From assembly GCA_041746575.1 (NCBI GenBank), contig JBGTGT010000120.1, positions 1-64,000 on the forward strand: a DNA stretch of 64,000 bases, given 5' to 3'. Each line of letters opens with the position of its first letter. The stretch's first letter is position 1. The stretch comes from Microcystaceae cyanobacterium (lineage in GTDB: Bacteria > Cyanobacteriota > Cyanobacteriia > Cyanobacteriales > Microcystaceae). Below are positions 42,664 through 53,468 of this stretch, piece after piece. The notes beneath the pieces were generated by a model. It ran no database searches. It was not told where the DNA came from and was given only the letters and a program-made list of their open reading frames with translations. Both the position numbers and the translations under genes were made by a program.

Positions 42664-43014
42664 TTAAGCTTGAGTCGGTTGTAATAAGCTGAGAAGCGTT
42701 CCATCGGGCGATCGCACGGCGGCCACTTTCCCAAAGGAGGGTTCTCGGATATTTCCTTCCAATTTTGCCCCAAGTTGTTCAAGGTGAGCAAGTGTTGCTT
42801 GAATATCTTCGACATGGAAGCTAAGAATCGGCGGATTTCCCTCTTGTCCATTATTATTGGCCGCATGGAGAGCGATGGTTGTGCCTTGAGCGTCTAATTC
42901 TGCCCATCCCGGACTGGACATTTTGACGGTTAAACCCAGTCCTTCACTGTAGAATTGAACAGAGGATGGAATATCTTTTACCATTAACATGATGTGTTTA
43001 AACTGAGCAGTCAT
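42664..43014 (-). CDS. VOC/glyoxalase family protein
   Basis: VKDIPSSVQFYSEGLGL, LSFHVEDI, SPDG. Confidence 0.88.
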   Translation of the reverse strand: MTAQFKHIMLMVKDIPSSVQFYSEGLGLTVKMSSPGWAELDAQGTTIALHAANNNGQEGNPPILSFHVEDIQATLAHLEQLGAKLEGNIREPSFGKVAAVRSPDGTLLSLLQPTQA

Positions 43015-43065
43015 TATTGCATTTACCCCTTAAAAATTTCTTTTTAATTATAACCTAAAAACGGC

Positions 43066-44715
43066 TTATCTCAATCGTCCTGAACGAGCAATACTAATCA
43101 ATAATAGTACCCCGATTAAACTGGCGAAAGCAAATAAAACATTACTGATTAAGGACAACTCTGGCGTAGATGCGCCCGTGGAAATAATGGCTGCTCCCAT
43201 AATTAATGAACCGACAACAATACTAAAAGAAAGACGATTAGCAGAGGAATCTAAGCTACGACGTAAGGGTTCTAATTCTTTAAGGCGTAAATTCCATTGT
43301 AAGGTTTCTGTGCTTAATCTTTCCAATAACACTTCGGCTTGTCGAGGGGTTTTTAAAGAAACCGCCTTGAGATCCAAAATCGTTCTTAAAGCAGTTTGTA
43401 AGGGGGTATCTCCGATCAGTTGACGACGAAATAAGTCTGCCAGTAAGGGTTTAATTTCCTCAAATAAATTAACATTAGGATTAAATTGTCGTCCTGCTCC
43501 TTCTAAATTGGCTAAACATTTTGCATACAATCCTAAACTACCGGGGAGTTTAATTTTATTATCCCGCGCAATTTGGAGACTTTCGTAAACCACTGCGCTA
43601 AAATTAAATTGATTTAAACTCAAGTCATAATATTTTCGCAACATTCGTTCATAGTCTAGTTGTAATCTTTCTAAACTAGGAGGGTTGGGTGATTCGGATA
43701 ATTCTAAGGTTAATTGGGTACAACTTTGAGCATCTAAATCAAAAATTGCCAGTAACAATTCGGTGAGAATTTGTTGGGTTCGAGGATCAATTTTGCCCAC
43801 CATACCACAATCAATAATCGCCACCCGTCCATCTTCTAAGTAAAAAATATTACCCGGATGAGGATCAGCGTGAAAAAAGCCATCGATATATAACTGTTCA
43901 AAAAAGGCTCTAAATAACAAGCTGGTAATTTCTGCTTTGCGTTTGTCTAAGGATTGGTCGGTTTTAGGTAGGGATAAGTCTGCTTCTAAAAGAGGTTTTC
44001 CATTTAGCCATTCTAAGACTAAAATTTGTTCACAAGTATACTCCCAATACACTTTAGGAACAATCACTTTTGTTGGATCAAACCAACGAGTTTTGGCTAA
44101 ATTCTTGCGCAATTTATCAGTATAAAATCCTTCTTTGGCAAAATCTAATTCTGAAGTGATTGCCTGACTAATTTCATCCGCTAATTTGACAATATCGTAA
44201 TTTTGTCCAAAGTCGGTTAATGCCACTAATTCAGCGATCGCTTTGATCAAATTAATATCCTGAGAAACCACCCGTTCAATCCCCGGTCTTCTCACTTTAA
44301 TGGCAACTTCTTGCCCATTTTCGAGGGTTGCTTTGTGAATTTGCCCCATCGATCCGGCCGCAATGGGATGGGGATTAATGGTCAGAAAAACCTGATCCAG
44401 AGGTTGATTTAACGCCGTTTTTAAAACTTCCTCTATATCTGGCCAAGCAACGGGAGGAACATTGGCTTGCAAAGCCGTTAAAGCGTTAATATAATCGGGG
44501 GGCAACAGATCGGGTCGAGTGCTTAACAGTTGCCCTAATTTGACATAAAAAGGACCGAGTTCAACTAAAATTTTGCGGAGAACTTCAGGAGGCGGAATTT
44601 GAGGATTATCGGCTTTACCGACTGTTAACAATCCTCGCATATAATCCCAACCATTGCTGAGAACAACATCAACAATTTCCCGTTGGCGGCCAGTGGTTTG
44701 AGTGAGAGAAAACAC
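43066..44715 (-). CDS. ABC1/AarF/UbiB family atypical kinase
   Basis: LGPFYVKLGQLLSTRPDL, VAIKV, FFHADPHPGN, IDCG; two C-terminal TMs; GTG at 44715 preferred. Confidence 0.94.
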   Translation of the reverse strand: MFSLTQTTGRQREIVDVVLSNGWDYMRGLLTVGKADNPQIPPPEVLRKILVELGPFYVKLGQLLSTRPDLLPPDYINALTALQANVPPVAWPDIEEVLKTALNQPLDQVFLTINPHPIAAGSMGQIHKATLENGQEVAIKVRRPGIERVVSQDINLIKAIAELVALTDFGQNYDIVKLADEISQAITSELDFAKEGFYTDKLRKNLAKTRWFDPTKVIVPKVYWEYTCEQILVLEWLNGKPLLEADLSLPKTDQSLDKRKAEITSLLFRAFFEQLYIDGFFHADPHPGNIFYLEDGRVAIIDCGMVGKIDPRTQQILTELLLAIFDLDAQSCTQLTLELSESPNPPSLERLQLDYERMLRKYYDLSLNQFNFSAVVYESLQIARDNKIKLPGSLGLYAKCLANLEGAGRQFNPNVNLFEEIKPLLADLFRRQLIGDTPLQTALRTILDLKAVSLKTPRQAEVLLERLSTETLQWNLRLKELEPLRRSLDSSANRLSFSIVVGSLIMGAAIISTGASTPELSLISNVLFAFASLIGVLLLISIARSGRLR

Positions 44716-44813
44716 GGTGTTAAGGGGGTGAGTGTAGATTAGCTTAAAATGAGGGCTAGAAATGTAGTACAAGCGGTAAGGTCTAACGTTAATTTCTTGT
44801 CTCTAGAATGTAG

Positions 44814-45254
<441 letters not shown>

Positions 45255-45270
45255 TTTGATAGAAATCGTA

Positions 45271-45642
45271 ATGCGTAAACCTCGCTACTACTATCACAAT
45301 GGTTTTCGGATGCCGATGGGTTTTCCCCCTGAAAGTTTTGAATCAGGCATTCGCTATTTAGCACAACCTGATGATATTTTCGTCGTGACCTATCCTAAAT
45401 GTGGTACAACTTGGACACAATATATTATTTGGTTACTCTATCATCAAGGTTTACCTCTCTTATCCTATCAACGACTTAATCAAGTTTTTCCCCATTTAGA
45501 AGAAAAGGGACAAGCGGTTATTAAAAATTTACCTAAACCTCGATTCATTAAAACCCATTTACCCTATTCTTTAACTCCTTATCATCCCCAAGCAAAATAT
45601 ATTTATGTTACCACATCCATTCTACAGAGTAGAATGAAATAG
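45271..45642 (+). pseudogene. 3'-truncated PAPS-dependent sulfotransferase (Sulfotransfer_1 type)
   Basis: 5'-PSB loop TYPKCGTTW and KTHLP present; similarity breaks at AKYIYV (~45610), just before the expected RNPxD motif; about 120 aa only. Confidence 0.8.
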
Positions 45643-45709
45643 CCCTGCCCAAATTCAGTATTTATCATTTATAATAAGTAACTTATAACTCAATTGGTGT
45701 GAGTGCAGG

Positions 45710-46519
45710 ATGAAACTATCAGTTATTATTCCCGTCTATAACGAAATCCATACAATAGATAGCGTTATTTCTAGAGTATCTCAAGTTTTGCCCCATATTC
45801 CTAAAGAAATTGTCCTTATTGACGACGGTTCAACCGATGGCACAAGAGAATGGTTAAAGCAAACCTTTGGCGCAAGGGAAGATTCCCCCGTACAGATCAA
45901 AATGCCGTTGGAAAACGCCTTAATCGCTGAAGAGGAGACATATTCCCCCCTTACTAACCGTTCTGACGTCGCAGTCTATCCCCGATCTTCTGTCACCATT
46001 AATATTGTCTTGCATCGACGGAATAAAGGCAAAGGGGCAGCCCTACAAACAGGCTTCAAAGCGGCCACAGGTGAGGTATTTGTGATTCAGGATGCTGATT
46101 TAGAGTATGATCCCAGAGATTGGAGCGAAATGTGGCGATTAATCGAAGAAGGATGGGCAGATGTCGTCTATGGTTCTCGTTTTTATGGAAAGCCTCACCG
46201 AGTGCTATATTTTCATCATTTATTAGGAAATCGAGTAATTTCTTTCTTGGTTAGTTTGCTATCCAATCTCAATTTAGATGATATCGAAGTTTGCTATAAG
46301 ATGTTTCGGCGTGAAGTGTTAGAGGGAATGAAGTTAACCTGTAATGATTTTGGCTTTGAAGTCGAATTTACAATGAAAATGGCCCGTTCTCGTCGTCGTT
46401 GGCGAGTGTACGAAATGGGGATTTCCTATTATGGCCGTACCTATACCGAAGGAAAGAAAATTAACTGGAAAGATGGGATTAAAGCGTTGTGGTATATTCT
46501 TAAATTTAGGTTTACTTAA
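45710..46519 (+). CDS. GT2 glycosyltransferase (DPM1-like)
   Basis: IIPVYNE, DDGSTDGT, NKGKGAA, QDADLEYDP, GSRF, GKKINWKDG. Confidence 0.92.
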   Translation: MKLSVIIPVYNEIHTIDSVISRVSQVLPHIPKEIVLIDDGSTDGTREWLKQTFGAREDSPVQIKMPLENALIAEEETYSPLTNRSDVAVYPRSSVTINIVLHRRNKGKGAALQTGFKAATGEVFVIQDADLEYDPRDWSEMWRLIEEGWADVVYGSRFYGKPHRVLYFHHLLGNRVISFLVSLLSNLNLDDIEVCYKMFRREVLEGMKLTCNDFGFEVEFTMKMARSRRRWRVYEMGISYYGRTYTEGKKINWKDGIKALWYILKFRFT

Positions 46520-46555
46520 AATGAGTAAAATAGAGTCTTTGAACATAATTTTAAA

Positions 46556-47232
46556 ATGATTGAAGACACTTTTTTTTTCAGAACCATTTCTGTTGATGTT
46601 GATGCGGCCATGATTGGCATTGGTCGCTCTCGATGGATTAGCATTAAACCGGAAGACGAATCAGTAGAAAAAGCGATCGCTATCATAAAACAGGGAAGAT
46701 TTGATGTTTTACCTATAAATCCGGGAGATTCCTATCCCATTTATCATTATTTTAGCACTTCTCGACCCCATTGCTGGACAGATAAAACCGTCAAGAAGCA
46801 CACTTAAAACACGCTGATATCTTACCGGCTCAAACCCCGATTATTGACTTAATTGAAAAATTAGCACGAGATCATCGGACATTTTTCTTCTTAACATATA
46901 TGAGTAAAATTGCCGGCTTAGTATCCTTAGTGAATCTCAATTCTAGAGAAGTTCGAGTCTATTTATATTCTTTAATCTGTGAATTTGAAACCCGTTTAAT
47001 TCGCTTACTAAAACAGAGCCAGCTTTCTGAAGAAGTTATACTTTTAGAAATGAAAGAATTTGCCCAAAAAAACTACCAAAAAGATAGAGAGGTAGGTTAT
47101 GATAATGAAATTACCGAATATTTATATCTTCGCGATTTATTAGAAATTATTTGGAAAAATGATCTCTATAAAATAATGGGATATGGCGGAACGAATCTCC
47201 CTAATAAACTCGCTCCTCATCGTTTAAACTAA
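46556..47232 (+). pseudogene. Frameshifted, probably 3'-truncated hypothetical gene (CBS-like repeats plus possible HEPN-like domain)
   Basis: ORF 46556-46807 and the frame of ORF 46900-47232 overlap at 46786-46804; that frame reads HLKHADILPAQTPIIDLIEKL...; joining them gives one protein. Confidence 0.65.
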
Positions 47233-47360
47233 CAGTAATACCTATTAGAGATTGAAATAATTCTTTACTATTAAATATTCATTATTAACTATTCCCTGTT
47301 TCCTTGAATAAATTTGTCTAATACGATAAAATGACTCTGAGATATTAGTGACTTTTGCAA

Positions 47361-48656
47361 ATGAACCCAAAAACAACCTCTAAACCTTCACTGCTGGTCA
47401 TTTATTGGATTTCTTCAATCGTTTTTCTAAGTTTCATTTTAGGAACGCTGGTATATGAGTTCAAATTATGGCCGTATAGCTCATTAAACAAGGCCTACAC
47501 AGCCGCTAGAGCATGGAAAGAAAAATTAAAGCCAATTGATCGCTACGAAACGAGTTTTTTTGGTGAAGTGCCTCGTCAAGGTAGTGGCATATTGCAATTT
47601 GATAAAGAAAAAGCTTACAAAGGTTACACAGTGTTCACCTCCAGTCATGAACAAAAAGCCTTTCTCTTGTCGATGGATGGACAAATTGTACATGAATGGC
47701 AAATCCCTTTTTCCAAAGTCTGGACATCCTCTCCACCGCATATCAAAATCCCCAACTCGGATGACTTTATTGTTTTAGCAAAAGCTCATGTTTATCCCAA
47801 CGGAGATCTGTTAGCGATTCATCAGAGTATGAATGACACGCCTTATGGCTATGGACTGGTTAAAGTTGACCAAAATTCTAAAGTAATCTGGAAATATCCT
47901 CACAATGTACATCATGATGTTACTATTGGTAAAGATGGAAAAATTTACACCCTTACCCAAGAATTAGTTAAAGATAAAATTAATTGGTATGATGATCTAA
48001 TCATTGTTTTATCCCCTGAGGGTAAAGAACTTAAAAAACTTTCAGTCGCCAAAGCCCTCCGCAATTCGGATTACTCAGACACTGTAAAAAAAATTCGCAG
48101 TTGGGATCCACTCCATACTAATTCAGTAGAAGTTCTCAATGAAGAAATGGCTGACAAATTTCCCTTATTCAAAAAAGGTCAAGTCTTAATTTCTTTAAGA
48201 AATCCTGAGATTATTGCTATTGTTGATTTAGAGGCAGAAAAAGTAGTGTGGGCAACAACAGGTTCATGGCGACAACAACATGATCCCGATTTCTTACCAA
48301 ACGGAAATATTCTTTTATTTGATAATGAGGGTCATATCGGAGAGGGCGGAAAATCAAGGGTGATGGAAATTAACCCCAATACAATGGAGATCGCTTGGCA
48401 ATACACAGGTGGTAAAGATAATATTTTTGATAGTCCAGTGGGTTCATCTCAGCAACGATTACCTAACGGCAATACGCTCATTACTCAAACTTGTTTTGGA
48501 CGAATTTTTGAAGTTACGCCTGAGCAAAAAATCGTTTGGGAATTTATGAGTCCCTTTAGGTCTCCCCATGATGAGCAAATTGTAGGAACCGTCTATCAAG
48601 CACAACGTTTCAAACCCGATTTTTTTAAGTTTAAATTTAATTCAGTCAAGAATTGA
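47361..48656 (+). CDS. Arylsulfotransferase (ASST-like beta-propeller), N-terminally anchored
   Basis: N-terminal TM; HHD, HTNSV, QQHDP, LPNGNILLFDN, QRLPNGNTLIT. Confidence 0.88.
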   Translation: MNPKTTSKPSLLVIYWISSIVFLSFILGTLVYEFKLWPYSSLNKAYTAARAWKEKLKPIDRYETSFFGEVPRQGSGILQFDKEKAYKGYTVFTSSHEQKAFLLSMDGQIVHEWQIPFSKVWTSSPPHIKIPNSDDFIVLAKAHVYPNGDLLAIHQSMNDTPYGYGLVKVDQNSKVIWKYPHNVHHDVTIGKDGKIYTLTQELVKDKINWYDDLIIVLSPEGKELKKLSVAKALRNSDYSDTVKKIRSWDPLHTNSVEVLNEEMADKFPLFKKGQVLISLRNPEIIAIVDLEAEKVVWATTGSWRQQHDPDFLPNGNILLFDNEGHIGEGGKSRVMEINPNTMEIAWQYTGGKDNIFDSPVGSSQQRLPNGNTLITQTCFGRIFEVTPEQKIVWEFMSPFRSPHDEQIVGTVYQAQRFKPDFFKFKFNSVKN

Positions 48657-48727
48657 TACTTCAACTCTTACATTTCGCTCTAGAGTGGGATTCTTGCATT
48701 GTGACAACAAATTGTTTTTATAAATTC

Positions 48728-50227
48728 TTAATTTAGAGATTGCTCTTTCAACTGAGCGTAAATAGAGTTTACTTGTCCTAACAGAGAACTAGGCACAGTA
48801 TGGGTATCAATTTCTTTAAGAGTAGTATGATGGATGCGAGTTGCTGATGCCATCAACGCCTCTGGATAACGACTATTCACCACCTCTGCTAAGATCCTAA
48901 GGCCTTGTTCCGGGTTTTCGCATAAAGTATCGTAATTAAAAAAATTCAGAAAACTGCTCTTTTTTGCTAAAAGCTGTTTGTAACTGGCTACCCAATATTC
49001 TAACCAAAAAGCGAGAGAATCAGCCTCTTTTGACTGCCGTTGGTCAAACCAATCATCGAAATCAACAGGGCAGAGATTTTGTCCGAAATCATAATGACCA
49101 ATCGCTCGCATATAGTCCGACGCAAAGCTATCTTCTTTATGAATGCGCAGAAAATTACGATGTTGCTTCAAAAGAGAAGCAGTGTGATTGAGCGGTTCTC
49201 TAAAGGGAATAATAATAATCGAATCAGGGAAAAGTCGATGTAATAACACCGTCCGCGCAATATTGAGGTTATTCTTCGATACATAGCGCACACCTTCCAC
49301 ACCCGGTTGCTGACGCAGAATGATCATCTTGCGGATATGACTGCGGAAAAATTCCTCAAATTCTGGGTCTGTTTCATAATCCCATGGAATAATGCGATCT
49401 TTATGATAATGTCGTCGCCAAAACGCCTTCCATACGACTTCCTCTAATGCCTCTGGACTATCTGGCGTAACTTGCATTCCATCCCCATGCGCTCGTTCTT
49501 GAGATTGCACCGTCTTCTGAAAAGATTTTGAGAAACGATGCCACAGACAAGGAATTAAAACAAATGGCATATCACGATAACAATGAGTCGCAAACTCCGG
49601 CGTATTGGCGAAGCATTCAAGTAATAAAGTTGTTCCTGCTCGCGGTAATGCAGTGATAAAAACGGGCTGTTCAAGTCGACAGGAAGATAATTCTTTTGAA
49701 TACAGAGAATCTTCCATATCTGCCAAGGCGATTTGAGCAGTAGAAGTATTAAAGGCTAGATAATATAATGCCCGATCTAGTCCAGAGAAATTACTGGCTT
49801 GAACCTGATTTGACACTTCACCCTTGTTAGACGACGGGGAGGTCGTTCGGGTCTGATGGGGCTTAAAAAATAATACTATCACTGTAAGGATAGTGCTAAC
49901 AATGAGAAAGACAGGTGATAGAAGGGTATTAAAGACAGCATCTAGCGAGAGTAAACCCAGCTGTTCTCCTAGCCATAATACTCCTACGGGCAGCAGAAAG
50001 GATACAATTCCACCAAAAGCGAGAATAAAAAACAAGCCGAATAGGTATTTGGCATTTTTTTGTAGCAAAGACTCCTTTTCCGCTTCACTGAGAGTGGAAG
50101 AGCGAATGATGTCTAAAGAACTACTGGCGATCGCTGTTGCCTCTCCACTTTTTTCAACCAGCTTAAAACGCTGTACTAAGATAAGAAAACCGACAACAAA
50201 TAACGCAGCACCTATCCAGTGGCTCAT
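48728..50227 (-). CDS. Membrane-anchored PAPS-dependent sulfotransferase
   Basis: About three N-terminal hydrophobic segments; PVFITALPRAGTTLL PSB loop; SKNN; FREP...ASL 3'-PB-like motif. Confidence 0.88.
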   Translation of the reverse strand: MSHWIGAALFVVGFLILVQRFKLVEKSGEATAIASSSLDIIRSSTLSEAEKESLLQKNAKYLFGLFFILAFGGIVSFLLPVGVLWLGEQLGLLSLDAVFNTLLSPVFLIVSTILTVIVLFFKPHQTRTTSPSSNKGEVSNQVQASNFSGLDRALYYLAFNTSTAQIALADMEDSLYSKELSSCRLEQPVFITALPRAGTTLLLECFANTPEFATHCYRDMPFVLIPCLWHRFSKSFQKTVQSQERAHGDGMQVTPDSPEALEEVVWKAFWRRHYHKDRIIPWDYETDPEFEEFFRSHIRKMIILRQQPGVEGVRYVSKNNLNIARTVLLHRLFPDSIIIIPFREPLNHTASLLKQHRNFLRIHKEDSFASDYMRAIGHYDFGQNLCPVDFDDWFDQRQSKEADSLAFWLEYWVASYKQLLAKKSSFLNFFNYDTLCENPEQGLRILAEVVNSRYPEALMASATRIHHTTLKEIDTHTVPSSLLGQVNSIYAQLKEQSLN

Positions 50228-50469
50228 TGTGCCTCCTTTTGACCATCATTGTCTTCTTTCGATTGCTTACGCTTCCGCATCAGTCGTTTAATGGGGTACC
50301 ACAAAAAGCCAAATAAAGCCGCAAAAATGCCGGCAACAAGGGCAAAAAAAGCACCAATGGCCGCTAAACCCGCACCCGGTCCCACATAAGCCATGGCGGG
50401 CTGGGATATAATCAGAACAAGGCATAAAGAGGCTAAAAATAATCCGACAAAGTTGGGTAGCTGTTTCAT
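50224..50469 (-). CDS. Small membrane protein with an AMA-YVGPGAG motif
   Basis: 81 aa: signal-like helix, AMA cleavage-like site, YVGPGAG, second TM, WYPIKR and basic tail; ATGA overlap with the sulfotransferase. Confidence 0.8.
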   Translation of the reverse strand: MKQLPNFVGLFLASLCLVLIISQPAMAYVGPGAGLAAIGAFFALVAGIFAALFGFLWYPIKRLMRKRKQSKEDNDGQKEAQ

Positions 50470-50862
50470 TTTTCTGATATTGAAGTAACTAGGGTTTTTA
50501 GGGGTTAACAACGACTGCTATAAAATCAGGGCTGATTTGTCTTTAGGTAAAAATTTGCCCGTATTTGAGCATTGCTAAATAAGTCATAAATTAAGTCTTT
50601 CAAGGAAGCGTTTGATCTCTCAAATCGTACCTTAACAACATTACCGAGTATCGTAGCATTTCTGGACAATTCTGACTCGAAAATAGAATTTTAGCAAAAA
50701 GCTATCAGACGCTTGGCAAAATTCTCGAAATTTAAGCCAAAAGAGACTAAAAAAAGGTTGGTGAGAGAAATTCTGCTTTTTTAGGGATATGGCTTAAAAA
50801 AAGAGCCCAAAATTATCAATTTAAACGATTTTAATACTTTCGTTTTGAGTGCCAACGGTTTG

Positions 50863-50887
50863 AACTCCTATCCGTCGGGTAGGAGTT
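50863..50887. terminator. Stem-loop downstream of guaA
   Basis: AACTCCTATCC/GGGTAGGAGTT stem, extendable by CCAAC/GTTGG; no clear U tract. Confidence 0.5.
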
Positions 50888-50943
50888 GTTGGGTTAATAT
50901 GCGGTTAATTGCGTTTAGGAAATTTTGGACAACAGGTTCAATT

Positions 50944-52572
50944 TTATTCCCATTCAATCGTTCCGGGCGGCTTAGAGGTAATATCATACACCACACGGTT
51001 AACGCCTTTCACTTCATTAACAATGCGGTTAGAAATGGATTCTAGGACATCATAGGGAACCCGCGACCAATCTGCCGTCATACCATCTTCACTACTAATT
51101 AGCCGTAGCACAACAGGGTGAGCATACGTCCGTTGATCTCCCATAACGCCAACACTGCGAATAGGCAGTAAAACAGCAAAGGCTTGCCAAAAATCATGAT
51201 ACATTCCTTGTTTCGAGATTTCATCCCGTACCACAAAATCCGCATCTCGCAAAATATTGAGTCTTTCGGCGGTAACTTCTCCAATAATGCGAATCGCTAA
51301 GCCTGGCCCCGGAAAAGGATGACGACGTACGATTTCTTCAGGCAATCCAATCGAACGCCCTACATTGCGCACTTCATCTTTAAATAGCTTTCTGAGGGGT
51401 TCAATTAATTTGAATCGTAGATTTGGGGGTAATCCCCCTACATTATGGTGACTTTTAATCTTAACGGCTACTCTTTCCCCTGTTTTGGGATCAACATTGC
51501 TGTCGGCGGATTCAATGACATCGGGATATAATGTCCCTTGCGCCAGATAGTCAAAAGGACCTAAACGATTCGATTCTTCTTCAAAAACCTTGATAAATTC
51601 GTAGCCGATGCGGCGACGCTTTTCTTCAGGGTCAAGGACTCCCTCTAGTTGCGTCAGAAAACGTTCACGGGCGTTAACATAAGCCACAGGGATATGAAAT
51701 TGTTCATCAAACAAGGTTACTAAGCGTTCGGGTTCACCTTTACGCATGAAGCCTTGGTCAATAAACATACAGGTTACTTGATCGCCGATGGCGCGGTGCA
51801 GTAAAAAAGCAAGGGTTGAGGAATCTACACCCCCTGATAAGGCTAATAAGACCCGTTTATCCCCGACTTTGCCTCTAATTTCCCGAATAGTTTCCTCGAC
51901 AAAGGCTTCCATTGTCCATGTCGGTTCACATTCGCAAATATGATAAACAAAATTACGAATCAAGGCGATACCCCCAATCGAATGGACGACTTCGGGGTGA
52001 AATTGGACACCAAAGAGTTTTTTCTCAGGGTGAGCGATCGCCGCACAAGAAGTATTATCGGTATGGGCTAAAATTTCAAAACCATCGGGTAAGTTCGTAC
52101 AGGAATCGGCATGACTCATCCACATGGTTGCGCCACTGTCCACATTAGTGAGTAAATCGGTGGGATCATCAATATGAAGCGATGCTTTGCCGTATTCTCC
52201 CCGTTTCGCCCGTTCGACTGTGCCACCGAGTTGTTTAACCATCAATTGCATTCCGTAGCATACCCCTAAAATGGGAACACCTAAATGCCAGATATTGAGG
52301 TCACATTGGGGCGCATAATCGTCATAAACGGAGCTTGGCCCTCCTGAGAGGATAATGCCTTTAGGATTAAGATCTTGCAGTTGCTCGGCAGTGGTGCGAT
52401 AGGATAGCACTTCAGAATAAACACTTGTTTCTCGGATGCGGCGGGCAATCAATTCAGAATATTGAGAACCAAAATCTAAAATAACGATAATTTGACGATT
52501 TAGCTTATTGTCGATGGACTTTGTCGGCAAAGTCGGTTTAACGTCGGGCATGGCAGGAGTCTGAGTGTTCAC
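50944..52572 (-). CDS. guaA: GMP synthase (glutamine-hydrolysing)
   Basis: [38 protein letters not shown]. Confidence 0.99.
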   Translation of the reverse strand: MNTQTPAMPDVKPTLPTKSIDNKLNRQIIVILDFGSQYSELIARRIRETSVYSEVLSYRTTAEQLQDLNPKGIILSGGPSSVYDDYAPQCDLNIWHLGVPILGVCYGMQLMVKQLGGTVERAKRGEYGKASLHIDDPTDLLTNVDSGATMWMSHADSCTNLPDGFEILAHTDNTSCAAIAHPEKKLFGVQFHPEVVHSIGGIALIRNFVYHICECEPTWTMEAFVEETIREIRGKVGDKRVLLALSGGVDSSTLAFLLHRAIGDQVTCMFIDQGFMRKGEPERLVTLFDEQFHIPVAYVNARERFLTQLEGVLDPEEKRRRIGYEFIKVFEEESNRLGPFDYLAQGTLYPDVIESADSNVDPKTGERVAVKIKSHHNVGGLPPNLRFKLIEPLRKLFKDEVRNVGRSIGLPEEIVRRHPFPGPGLAIRIIGEVTAERLNILRDADFVVRDEISKQGMYHDFWQAFAVLLPIRSVGVMGDQRTYAHPVVLRLISSEDGMTADWSRVPYDVLESISNRIVNEVKGVNRVVYDITSKPPGTIEWE

Positions 52573-52823
52573 GATGGGGCGTTTTGCAAGGAAACGAGGT
52601 CATAATTTTGTTTATTTTAACCTGTTTTTGTTTAGGAAATGAAATGGGACAATTCATCTTTGTTCTGAGGATTCAAACCTGAGATCCTTTTTTACAATTT
52701 ATTTAGACTCGCTATAATAAAATTCTTTCTTGCTTAGACAAAGATTAATCAATTAATGGTAATTCATCATTTTTGAAATTAGAAACCTTATTTTTTAAGT
52801 TTTTTATTACTTGAGAAGTTAAA

Positions 52824-53015
52824 ATGATGACGTTCGCCAAGACCCCTATTCTGTATGATGAAGATTTTGCTTTATGGGATGAGGAAACGTTACAGTAGTT
52901 AAAGATAAAGGATTTGGATAATCTTGAGCTAGAAAATTTAATTGATGAGGTGAAATCTTTGACAAAACGAGATAAACAGGAAATAAAGTCAGGTGAATTT
53001 ACCTTTCACAAATAA
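52824..53015 (+). pseudogene. DUF29 family gene remnant
   Basis: LYDEDFALW.EETLQ*LK..DLDNLELENLIDEVKSL.KRDK; in-frame TAG at 52896-52898; C-terminal half missing. Confidence 0.8.
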
Positions 53016-53019
53016 AAAT

Positions 53020-53343
53020 TTAGAAATAAATTGAACCATCAGGACGCATATAAAAATGATAAGAAGGTTTAATTCCAAATAAAGTCGGTAAACCTTTCAC
53101 ATCAATACAAAAACAAAGTGTCCCATCTTTAAGAAGAGTATAAGCTTCTGCGGAAAAATAAAATTCTTGACCATTAATCACCCTTATCATAGACAAATGT
53201 TCTGCCGGAAGGAGTAGATCCTCATAAGGTTTTTGCTGATACTCTGTGGCAACTAAATCCACTACTTGTTGTAGAATGCGATAGTTTTCTTTGAGTTGTT
53301 TACGTTGGGATGGTATTAAAGGAAAAAATTCAGTGAAAAACAT
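53020..53343 (-). CDS. Hypothetical protein
   Basis: 107-aa ORF with globular-looking composition; no recognised motif. Confidence 0.65.
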   Translation of the reverse strand: MFFTEFFPLIPSQRKQLKENYRILQQVVDLVATEYQQKPYEDLLLPAEHLSMIRVINGQEFYFSAEAYTLLKDGTLCFCIDVKGLPTLFGIKPSYHFYMRPDGSIYF

Positions 53344-53468
53344 TGTGGCTCAAACCTTCATCTATAGCACTACGTTTTATATTTAAGGTAGCCATAAATA
53401 AAAAAACCGGATATCTGTAACAGAAACCCAGTTCATACACGGAGATTGACAGTTAACAAGAAAGGGAA

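Noticed and set aside
50520..50850. Possible att site or transposase end downstream of guaA
   Set aside because: No direct repeat of the guaA 3' end and no recognisable transposase frame found by eye
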